A stretch of 64,000 bases of DNA from Ascidiella aspersa (Eukaryota): NCBI GenBank assembly GCA_963924565.1, contig OZ004610.1:25792001-25856000 (forward strand), in the 5' to 3' direction. The position numbers were made by a program, and so were the translations under genes. The notes below the pieces were generated by a model. The model worked only from the letters and a program-made list of their open reading frames with translations, did no database searches and was not told the origin of the DNA. Below are positions 1 to 12,984 of this stretch, piece after piece; within the stretch, counting starts at the first letter, position 1; each line of letters opens with the position of its first letter.

Positions 1-1911
1 TATCTGTGTATGCTGTTTTCAAATAAGAAAGTGGTGGTTCGCGTATGTGGACTCTGTTAAACAGAAGCACTCCATTTCGTTGATATTATCAACAACTTTA
101 AAAATGTTAAACAATTTTTTCCATGAATTCTTGAATGTCAAACTCTAATAGTAACCAACAAGTTTTGGAAAACAAAATATGTTCCTAAAAAAGATTGCAT
201 TTCGCAGTTCGCCTTTGAATTTGTTTGAGGTACCAGTGTTGTAATGGCATAATTCAATGACTTATTAAGTTGGTCTAAATGCAATCAAGTTACTCTTTTT
301 AAATGACTTTACCTGACCTAAGCTTTTGAACCAAATAATTTGCTTGCCATTGTATGTTGCGCTTTTGTATTTTTTTTTATTAGAAACGAGTTTCCCAGAA
401 CTTAAGTTATTTCAAAATGACATGTTTACAACACTGGTGTATACAGAGGAATCTAAACTAGTGATCTTAATGCTAAAAAATGTGCGACGGGTTTTTTTAA
501 TCAAAGTGTTAAATCGGATGGTTGCTAGTTTAACTCACGTACAGGCATATGGCTTAAACTGGCAAAAATGTATGAATTGCTTTCGGGCGCATGGCCTGTA
601 CTTTTGTGTTGATAATAATTAATCAGTCATAGATGTAGCTTAAAAATACTATACCCTGTAAATTAAATGCCCCATTCATATCATTTAAACTAAACGATTT
701 TCTGTTATTTGACAAAGAAGACTTATAATAAGAATAAGTAAGATTGTTAGCTCCGCCTTTGTGGTTGTTATGCATGGGGTGCACAAGTTTTTCTTTGTAC
801 AAACTTGAAGGCCATATGGAAATAAGTAACGGCCAGATATTCTTTGTGCTCGCAGCAATATAAACCACGATGGCAATATAAACGCTTTTCCGACTACACG
901 TACAAAAATCCCCTGAAAAATAGTATGCGACGAGTATACGGGCGCATTAACGAGAAATACAAGTTACACGGGGTTGGTATAACGATTTAATTTTATTAGT
1001 TTTAACGTTATTGATATTGATTTAGATTAACTGGAGTTCTGACGTTAGTTGTTCCGCCCAGCTAAAGTTCTGTCTAATCTTTAATTATAATTTTACACTG
1101 TAAAATTAAATTGTATTAAAAAAAATTAAATTGTAAGTCCAACTGACACTCCAGATTTGCAAAAACTACATTACATGTACTACATATAAGATCTAACTTT
1201 TTGTCTAGGCGTCGGCAGGTATTTATATATTCGCGGCGTGAAAAATCAACAAGTGACCAAAAAAATAAACTTGGTATATATATATAATGCAATAGAATGG
1301 TGACGGTATACAATTAGGGATGTTCGGTACTTGGTATGTTATTTGCGACTTTCGACTTTAAATTCAATATATATATGCTAAGATATTTACCCTTTAAAGT
1401 ACGAAACTTTGCATTGGATCGCAAAACAAGACTGTGATACACAAATGTATTTCCGGATGCCACCCAGTATCGGACGAGTACTGATCCTACCACTTTGCAT
1501 CGGGTAATGACTTAGAAACTAAATTATAGGACATTCCTATATATAAGCAAAGTACACATGGCCATTTGTCATATCATGTGAAAAACTTAAAACTGGTTTA
1601 ACTATAAAGCGATAAATAAAAACAAAGTCGCCCAACTCACAGTTGGCTGTTCAAAGAGTAATTCACGGTTGGCTGTTCAAACAGTAATTTTATGTAATTG
1701 CTGTCAAAAAATCGCTCTTGCTATTTATCAGTCTTTACACATCCGCTTTTAAAATTACGTGATGGTATCAATGAAGGTATAGTTATTAAAACCTTTAAGA
1801 GGTACCGGCGAAAAACGCTGATTGAGGCTATATTGTGTATAGATATGTGTGTTTATGTTATTTACTGTTGAACATCAAATCGTCATCCAAAAGGCGCTAT
1901 ATAGAAGCTAA

Positions 1912-4900
1912 TTACAATGTTGAACTCCTGACGGACAGCGTATGGTTTCTTCCTGGTGCCTTGCTGCTTGCTTTGCAGCAGCAGCAGCAGAAAAAATCCT
2001 TCACTGACTGCCGGAATTTGACGTCCATGAAGCTATAAACAAGTACGTTCACAAGGCTGTAGAGATAAACAAAGATAGCGTTAAGCGATGATATGAACAT
2101 AACGTATGTATGGTTCCATTTTCAAAAAAAGCTGCAAATAGCATTGTTTTGATATAAAAGGGCGGTTGCATTAGAATTATTATTTAATCAAAGTATTGTA
2201 AAATGAAAATCCATAAAACTATTGTAAAGTAAATTCTATTCGCTGGATAAATTAAATTGATTGGTGTATACCAGGGGTGGCCAACCAATCAGTAACCAAG
2301 AGCCGCATTTGTTACTTGGTTAACCGCAAAAAGCCACACGTAACACATGGAAGAATAGAGAATAGCTTATAACTCCATTTTTTACTCACTCCCACAAAGC
2401 GATCGCACGAAACGCGAAAAAGTGTCTTTATTTCGTTAAATAGACAAAATGTTCATTTAAAAAAATACGCGACGAATTGAATAAGGAAATACCCATTTCT
2501 CGATATAATGTGATTTATAAATGTTATTTGGGCAGATTTTTGAGTTTACCTTGTTTCAAAAATATTAAATACAATGACCTCAAGGCAAACAGTCTGAGTC
2601 GGAACCGGCAATAATCCATAACTTAACCAAACGAAATCGAAACATTAAAAAAAAAGTAAGTGCAACATGAGCGTAAGAGCCGCATATATCTCGGTGAAGA
2701 GCCGTATGCGGCTCGCGAGCCGCGTGTTGGCCACCCCTGGTGTACAGTTTTCCTATGTATGTTCTAAAGAGTTTAAAGAATTTTCATGGGGCCATTTTGT
2801 TAAAGATTCCCTTACAAAATGTTATTACACAAAGACCGATGTAAAATAAAAACAAACATATCTGTAATGAGACGGGTCTATTAGCTCAGATCCGTTCAAA
2901 ATGTTATACCTATTTCCATATTATCCAAACCATTATATGCTCTACAAACCGAAAAAACAATGTGCCAGGCCCCAGTCAAGGCGTTGCCCATAACACCAAC
3001 CTGTTAAGCATGGCCAGATAGAACGCGATCACCAGTGGAAGAGCATCGATTGGCAAATTTAAACTTCCGACGTGGCCCTCAATCGACGTGACTACCATGA
3101 GAGGAACTAAAAGCAAAATAGTGTTTCGACTTGTGATGGGGTGTTGCGACGTTGAAGGCTGCCCGGAGGAACAGCCCTGGGTGAACCTATAGTCCAGTGT
3201 TTCTTAACCTGTTTAGCGCTCGTACCTTTTGAGATTTCATGAAATTTTCTCGTACCCCTGTCGAAAAAGGTCGACGGAGTATAGACTTTTCGTCAAGCAT
3301 AAATATGATTTACAAAATTAGGCGAGTTTAGCAAATATACCAAACACCACATACAGGCCTATTGCACGTTTTTACAAGTAGCATCTACTTTTAAGGTAAA
3401 CACTAAAACATTAAAGCCTTGGAAAAACCTTTTCAGTTTTGACACCAACAGCTTTGACTGTGAACAGTTCTTATTGTTTAGCTTTGCCAATTTACCCATA
3501 CATCGTTCTTATTTTAAAAAAATGAAAACATATTTTCGATTAGGAAAACGTCTGTTTTTGAATTTGAAGTATAGGTTCGAAATCGGTACAATTTTGAAAA
3601 TTTTCAATAATCACAAACTGTAATTTAAATCTGAAAACTTTGACAGAAAGTCGTTTTAAAAATAACAAGGCATTATATTACGTAAATATCATAATTTTAT
3701 GATTTATCTCGTCTAATGGATTCAATTTGCAGTAAAATGCCTTTGTGTGCCCATTGCGCAGTTTTAAAGCGGATAAATACTTTCCAAAATATAAAAAAGT
3801 TAAATATATTATATGCATGGATCTGTAATGCAGCTTGATGATAAATCTCAAGCCAAAAAGGCCTAAAAAAGTAAAAAAAAAAATTCTGGGCACACAGCGC
3901 GAGACATCTGAGATGAATGGGCTAAAGGTAGGAAACGCGCAGTTACCATTTTAAGATTACAAGAAATATTCACTGTGAACCTGTTGTTGCTGTAAATCCG
4001 AGCTGCATTATCACCAGCGTGGCGAACATCATCACCTCTCTCTTGTTGCTTTCTTTTCGGTGGCTCTTTGAAGTTTTCAGACTATATGAGAGGATTATTC
4101 CCGTCGCCACCGTTATACATGTCTGGCAAAAACGACGAAGTTGTAAGCAATCCATTAAAATGATCTAATTCCCAGTAAAGTTATTTACAAAACAACTTAA
4201 ATTAAATTAGGTCATGTTCAATTAATGACAAGGCAAGCAGAAGTCCATATTTCATTGAGTCAAGATTTTATACAGTTTTTTTATTGATTCACCAAGTTTG
4301 TAATTCACAGACGTCCCATAATATAACCTAAATTTACTCTGTTTGAAATTTGGAAAACTGGTTCAGGCGCTTGACTTTGCAAAAAAATTTCTCATTGAGT
4401 TCAGCAGTTGTGCTGTTCCAAAATTTTGGACTGTTAAAAGATGAAAGTGGTTCTTTAGTTTTTTGGGGGGCACAGTTTAAAATCGTACCTGAAATCCGTT
4501 TGCAGCGGTGTCATACGTAATATTTTACGACCAATTTCTTTATTATTAAAACCTAACATTATTTTTCGGCCCCAACTCAAACGCTAAAACAGTGTCAAGA
4601 CTATCAATTCAAGATAATAAACGGCTAGACTACTACACGACTGACTGTAGTTGACTTACCATCACCGTGAAGGGCAAAATGCAGTTGAGGATAACTATAA
4701 CCAAGTGAGAGATCGGGTCATCAGTTCCTTCGAAGCTAAATAGGTAGATCACGTGGCGGTATTCGAAGCTGTACACATCCGGAAACCACACTAAAAGTAA
4801 ACCGACAATTTTCATTAGCTAAGAGTTTTTCAAATTGCGCGTCGCGACAATCAGATACGTCGGTTTGAGGCAGTATTGTAAAAAAGTTGTTTTGCATTTA

Positions 4901-7900
4901 AGTTCCAGGCAAGTCATTCGAAAAATAACGTTAGTCCAAGTCACCACTTTTGCCAAAATAACAAGTCCCAGCCCAAGTCAGGTCACTTTGAGAGCAAGAT
5001 TTCATGTCATTGACATAAATCTAAAACGGTTTAACAAAAAAAAATGTAAACCCGTCCGATTATGAGCAATAATTAAAAAAAAATAACAAAATTGCAATAT
5101 ACAGCAAGCAAATTTTCAGCTGAAACATTTGTGACAAATAACTTAATTTTATTGAATATTTTTAAACAAAACTTTAATTTGAACTCGGCCAAGCTATTTG
5201 ACATAATGACCTATAGGTCCAAGTGAAGTCATTTGTCCGAAAGACTCAAGTATAGTCAAGTAATTTTGGTCAAAGTACCTAAGTAATGTCATATCACTTA
5301 AAAACAGTGACTTAAGTTAAGTCACAGCATTCAATCTTGAATAAGATATACTGACGATGCCTTAGTTGGCGAAATATATACATATCTTTTAAGATCTGGT
5401 TAATGTATCTGACCTGAATTGCTAGCTTTGCTAGATTATTTTGCTGTTACTGATCAGGAATTAAGGTCGACATTTATCTTGCAAGGGTCAAGGTGATTTC
5501 TATTATTCACATATTCAGTGCAACATTAAGTCAAGTCCTTAGAACACTGGTTTATGGCGTCGCACATTGATTGCGGTTCTAAACTCATTTGCAGTACCGT
5601 AATGTTTGTGCACCGAAAATAATATCACCTGACGTGTGCATTCAAAATCACGGTTAAAAAAAGAAACTGCAGCAATCAATTTTGATTTTTAGTTATAAAT
5701 AAACAAATAAAAGGCGTCGCAAGAAAAAAAGTTTGAGAATTATTTTACCATAAATAATAGAAAATATCCGATAATATCGAATCGGATACCCGATACCATA
5801 GTAGTATTGCTACCCATACAATACTATAGGTGGTATCTGAACCGATTCAATATCAATGTTAACATAATATTTTCTATTCAAATATTAATGTTAATAAATG
5901 TTGATATAAATATTTTTCTTTTCAATCAATGTTAACATAATATTTTCTATTCAAATATTAATGTTAATAAATGTTGATATAAATATTTTTCTTTTCAATC
6001 AATGTTAATATAATATTTTCTATTCAAATATTAATGTTAATAAATGTTGATATAAATATTTTTCTTTTCAATCAATGTTAATATAATATTTTCTATTCAA
6101 ATATTAATGTTAATAAATGTTGATATAAATATTTTTCTTTTCAATCAATGTTAACATAATATTTTCTATTCAAATATTAATGTTAATAAATGTTGATATA
6201 AATATTTTTCTTTTCAATCAATGTTAATATAATATTTTCTATTCAAATACCAAACGATTCAATACCAATGCTAATACAATATTTTTTAAGTTAGTATAGG
6301 TTAACAACTTGGGGTATCTAGACATTTTTTAGGTAAAAGCAAAAATTTTATTATAACCTGGAAAACTTTAACTACGAACGTTTCATTTGACTAACGCTGC
6401 TGGTTTAAGCAAAGTAATGACGTCATTTAGTATCAGACCGGGTCTCGATACATTTTTTATCAAAACATCGGGTATCGTTATCGGAACAAAATCTCAAGTA
6501 TCGAACATCCCTATTAGGTAATATGCTCTTCAATTGCAAACACTCACATGGTGTTAGGGCGAGCAGCAGCGAAATAAGCCAAACGGCCGCGATCTCGGCG
6601 TATACCACCTTGCGGCTTTGTTGCTGGTATTTCAGCGGCCACTTGACGGCGTAAAAGCGCTGCTGGGCCAGCAAGGCCAGGTGGTAGAGTGACGAACCGA
6701 AGACAAGTAGGTGATAGATGCCAGCCACTTTAGCCCTCGAAGTGTCGTGTAAAGCCAGGATGTAAAGCCAAGTGTCGTATACAGACATGCGCGAAGAATT
6801 GGCGAACTCCGGCAGGGCGACGAAGAAAATCATCAGACCTGGAAACAGACTTGGACAATTATAGACAATTCTCGTTTTGTAACTCAACGATTTCGAGCAA
6901 AATGCGATCGATATTTGTGTTATAGCACATTTTTTTCTAAAGATTTACGATTTGCCCCTGAAACCAATTTCGCCGTTAAATGTAGTTTTGTTAAAAGATC
7001 AAAAAGCGGTGTTGATATGTTTTTCATCCTAAATACACCATGATATGTTTTTGATCCTAATACAAACATTTTGTTCAATTTTATAGTTTTAGCTAAAAAT
7101 TATAGTAGGAGAGAATTTCGTAAATATACCATCGAAGTGTTGTTCATAGCAGTGACAAATTTTCTACAGATATAAAACAATAAACATATAATTAACTAAA
7201 GGGCAGAAACTATTTCTGCGTTGTGGCATTTCGCTAAACACGCCACGATATTGCTGATCAAAACAAAATTACAAGCCCAGTAACAACTAATAATATTTAC
7301 AATCATTAATGCAAGCTTTTATGATTTTGTAAATGAATAAAGAGTTGGTCGAAATGTCATATATGTTATTAACTTCCATATGGTCTTTAAAATTTCTACT
7401 ATACGTCTAACTACAACCTCCAACCATTATGATTCAAAGTAAATTTTAGATGAGGTTATCAACTGTGTAATTTCTCCAAGATAATTGCGGACTTAGCACC
7501 AAGCAAGCGCCAGTCCTTTTAGAAACGAGAATCTCCTACAAATTATAGAAGCACAATTTGCGTTTAAACCTGTAAGCACGTCAGCCACGGCCAGGGACAC
7601 TTTAATCGTGCCGTAACTGCCGGTAAAGTTGGAGTGTCCGGTAGCAAAGAGACATATCACCAGCGAATTGCCCACAACGATAGTCAGGGCGATAAGGGCG
7701 ATGACGACGACGAAGGCGACACCGCCGACCATGCTGCATTCGGCGCAATATCGCAATGGCGTGTGAAGGCAGTTCTGCTCGGTAAGGCGTCCGCAGAACA
7801 CGTTAAAAGTAGTCTGGTTGGAGAGGGTAAACCCAGTAACGCTTGGGTTCACAGCAGCAGCTGTGCTTTGGGCTAAATTCCCGACAAGCTCTTGCAACAG

Positions 7901-7933
7901 CAGCAGCAGTAGAGTTAGAGGAGCCCTTGACAT
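1912..7933 (-). CDS. Orphan rhodopsin-like (class A) GPCR, 6 exons, 392 aa
   Basis: Exons 7933-7570, 6838-6548, 4790-4660, 4122-3981, 3106-3001 and 2056-1912 are GT-AG and phase-compatible (1179 nt). Seven hydrophobic segments with TM1 GN, TM2 SLAVAD, TM3 QRFYAVKWPLKY, TM4 W, TM5 LPF, TM7 NSLVNVLVY, helix 8 KFRQ and a CCCCC tail. Signal-peptide-like N-terminus. Confidence 0.92.
2272..2739. mobile_element. hAT (Charlie/Buster-like) MITE
   Basis: TIR CAGGGGTGGCCAAC / GTTGGCCACCCCTG; degenerate TSD gtgtatac/gtgtacag. Confidence 0.85.
5343..5388 (+). ncRNA. Minimal type I hammerhead ribozyme motif (one stem I mismatch)
   Basis: aagatata-CTGACGA-t-gcc(ttagtt)ggc-GAAA-tata-TA-catatctt. Confidence 0.65.
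5758..6513. mobile_element. MITE (TAGGGATGTCCGAT family) carrying the 73-bp array
   Basis: Left arm ATATCCGATAATATCGAATCGG...GATACC; right end CAAGTATCGAACATCCCTA. Confidence 0.75.
5853..6249. repeat. AT-rich tandem array, about 5.4 x 73 bp, in GPCR intron 2
   Basis: TCAATGTTAA(C/T)ATAATATTTTCT... recurs at 5853, 5926, 5999, 6072, 6145 and 6218. Confidence 0.95.
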
Positions 7934-8329
7934 GTTTGGTTTGCAAAGATGTATGAAAAACAGCTGGTATTCTATACTTTTTTCAACCTGTACATTTCTT
8001 GAAGGTTAAAACATGCTTAGTAACCTGTGGCAATTGTTAATTTCTTGCTCTAGCGTTGACTGTTGCTAAAGGATTCTAATCAGTTGCCTGAACAGTCAAG
8101 CGTATACAGTTCCGACACAGTAGTTTTATAGCGATTATTGCGATTTGGCGAGTATAAAAAAATATTAAGGTAATTAGAAGGCACTGTATACAGACAAATT
8201 GTATTAAAGTCTTTTGGTAAGAAGGTGACAGATGCAAAAACGTGAAAAAATTGCGTCAGTCACACACTATCGCCTTTTACTCGCGTTGTTTTGTTTACTT
8301 TTTGCATTTCAATTGTTTTCATTTATACT

Positions 8330-8367
8330 TTGACCTGAAGAAGCAAAGTTGTGCGAAAGCTTGTCAA
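8330..8367 (+). ncRNA. Minimal type I hammerhead ribozyme motif
   Basis: ttgac-CTGAAGA-a-gca(aagttg)tgc-GAAA-gc-TT-gtcaa: full catalytic core, 5-bp stem I, 3-bp stem II and palindromic loop-less stem III (AAGCTT). Confidence 0.75.
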
Positions 8368-10480
8368 TTCATCAATACAATTTGTCTTTATATATTGCCA
8401 CTTGATTAACCTATAGAATTAGACAAATACGGACATTTGCAAAAAAATATTGTCACTTGTAAAATGCTAGCTTGGTATCTAATGCCCATCTTGGTAATGT
8501 TCGTACCCAACAGCTTTCATGAATTGGCCGGTTTGTATACCACCAAGTACGATTAGTAAACTATTTATCTTTTCAATTTCGTTCGCTCAACACGGACAGA
8601 GTACAATTGCGGAACGTGTGAATCAACGCGAGTAAAACGTTCGTAACAGCAGGATAACGAACATTCGGTCGTTTATCATTTCGACAGAGCTGATAGATTT
8701 ACGTTTACACGCTTTTGAAAACAGCACTTACGGGCGTCTAAACTTATTATTTTAACCTCTAACTCATTTTTACCATTAAAAGTTAGACTACTCTATAATG
8801 AAGTCACAGATTCTAATGACTCGACTTGACGTCTTTTGGGCAAACTGATTTGACTTAAGTTTTTTTCATCTTGCAATTAAGTCATTTTATCGAATGACTC
8901 TGGAATTAAATGTTTAATAAAAACATTTTTTTATAAAATTAGTCTTTTTTATATTTTTTACTTTTAATAATTTGCTTACGAATTTGTGTTTGTGTTATAA
9001 TTTAGTTATTGCTCACTTATAGTTTTAGAATTTCCACACCAAGTGTAATAGCTTATCGTTTATTTTTTAAACATTTCACAATGACTTGACTTGGAGTTCA
9101 CTTATTCTAATACTGACTTAGACTGGGAAGTGACTTGTTATTTATTGCAAACCTACTTGACTTGGAACTAAGGATTTTACAAATAACTTAACTTAACCTG
9201 ATTTCAAAATTATTTGTGTAAAACACTAAAAATGTTCACAACATTGTTAGTTTCGACGGCACTCAAGTAAAGCAAAACCTTTCCCTAAATTTAACTTGAT
9301 GGGCTCTAACCTAGAGTGCTATGTTACAAACTCGATGGCAAACTGTCGCTTGACAAAGCTTAATAGCGTGGCCGTTAACCGTGCTGGTTCCTATAAACCG
9401 ACACACGAATACAACATCCGCTCTATGTTGTGTAGGTTTAAACCTGAACGGAGCTGCACTGCCCAATTTCTCGCATAAGAAGATACCTTTGATGAGATGA
9501 TGTCGATTTATATTTTCAAGCTACGTTACTTACAGGCCCGTGTATAGTCTGGTACCGATTACGAAATAGTATCCAAGCTTAGTTTAAGAAGAGTGGAACA
9601 TCTGCAATTAAAATGGAATTTCACTTTCGAAGTTTAAATGTATTTCGGTCACAATAATTGATGATGATACAAGTGCGTGTCGAAAACGTCTTTTATTAAC
9701 ATAATCGATTTACACGATCTGCTCGGCTTTGACATTTATTTTTAAGATAATACCTGATTATTTATTTTTATTAAAATAATTTGTGCGACTCGAGGACACG
9801 CGAGAAAATAGCACACGAACAGCGAAAAGACATTTCGGTTTTCGAGTCAAGCTGTCCATATTGCTTTGTTGCAAAATGTTAAAGGACGCCTGACTCTGTA
9901 AGCGCACGAGAAGTAGTATTGATTTAATGGTTTTCGCATGTTGCGTACTTTTACAGGCAATAGTCTTCTAAACAGACTTCTGGTCAGAAATTAACGCTAT
10001 GTCAAATCGCAAAATTCTGCCAAATCGCCCTCCATCAAATTTGCAACCAATCAGGTCACTGCTGGCGACGAAAAAACAATGTTTCTGTTTTTTCTTTTCG
10101 GATAACACCGCGTATTTTTGCGGGCGGAAAGCCAGCTTGTGAACAGTGTTGAAAAACAAGTCAATCACCAAGTCACAGCACAATAGTCTAGCAAAGCTAG
10201 TAATTCAGGTCAGACACATTTTATAGATGTTATATTAAGTAAAATAACATATTATTTATATTTTACCAATAAACGAATTATTCATTCGAATTAATATGAG
10301 CTGACGATGCCCATATATATATTATTGACCTGAGTTACTATCTTTGTAAGAATACTCTGCGGCTACTGATCAGGAATTGAGAAATTGAGGTCGACAGTTA
10401 TCTGTCAAGGGTCAAGGTTGTTTCCAATAACACATATCCAGTGCAACATCCACCAACTATAGAAAGAGAAGTGGATGTGT

Positions 10481-11851
<1,371 letters not shown>

Positions 11852-12302
11852 TTAACGCAACCGTGGGAATGTGTAATATTGTCGGTTCAGAGCAAAAACC
11901 TGATGTCGATTATAGAATTATCGCCGCTTGTCCGATGCTAGGTGGTTGGGGTGCCGATTTAATACAAACTTGTTGTCTGTTTAGCCTTAAATTGCGATTC
12001 TAAACACAGTTTGGTTTTTAGTTTATATTTAAACGTAAATTTCGAACCACACTGTAAAGTGTAAAGTGTAAATATACAACCGAGTGAATACAATTTTTAA
12101 CGCTGGTTTGGTTTATTAATATGACAAAATAGTATTGCTGGTAACGATTTTGTTTTAGTTTTTTTCCATACATCTCAAAATGGGTAAACTAACGTCGAAC
12201 ACGTGTAGAGTAGCTTATCAGTTTTCCAGTTTTATTGGATTTTCACAAATATGATTTATCCTTACACCAATATTAAAAGTAGAAGTAACCTTTTCTGTCG
12301 TA

Positions 12303-12438
12303 AGGTATTTTATGTTTGGTGATCTTAATTTCTGACCCTTGACGAGGTATTTCATGTTTGCTATATAATCTTAATTTTCTGACCCTTGACGAGGTACTTT
12401 ATGCTAGATATATAATCTTAATTTTCTGACGCCTGACG
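12303..12438. repeat. Three imperfect copies of a 42-47 bp unit upstream of CDA
   Basis: AGGTATTT..ATG...ATCTTAATTT(T)CTGACCCTTGACG x3. Confidence 0.85.
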
Positions 12439-12984
12439 GTCGTAAAAATGCAGTTTTATAACGAGGTTAAAGAAACTTTATGAAGAAATGCTTTTGTAGT
12501 CTTTACTGTGGCATCAACTTAAACCTAATTCTTATATAGTTCAAATTCAGGTAAATTACTTCTTTACTTCGGTGCTCTTTTTAGTTACGAATGACTGGCT
12601 CTTGAACTTCTCCGAACAATAAAGACAACCTTGCACGATAATCTGCTTATAGCGAGTCTTGTTTCACAAGCAAACTGCTGGCAAACGTATGTTTTCTGAC
12701 CTTATGTTGTCGCAGTAGGCATGGCAAGGGGTTGTGATCCCAAGGTGCCACTCCAGTCGAAAAAAGTGCCACTTTCAACAGCACGAACCGGCAGTTGGGT
12801 TTTGTTTGATCTGCGAGCGGCGAACCGACACAAAACCGCGTCACAACTTTGATGGAGCCGCGTCGGCGCCGAGTTCGCTGCAGCGTTCCAGACAATCGAA
12901 TTAAACCTCCTGATTGTTTCCCCCATCAGCTGAAATAGGCAGATTGAAGTTGACTTTATTCTTTCCGGCACTTCACTTGTCACG

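Noticed and set aside
1638-1689. 26-bp direct duplication in the GPCR 3' region
   Set aside because: A simple slippage duplication with no further structure; likewise 19953-19983 and 59666-59707.
9968-10183. Additional CDA exon
   Set aside because: The CDA reading frame is already complete, with its stop at 10481.
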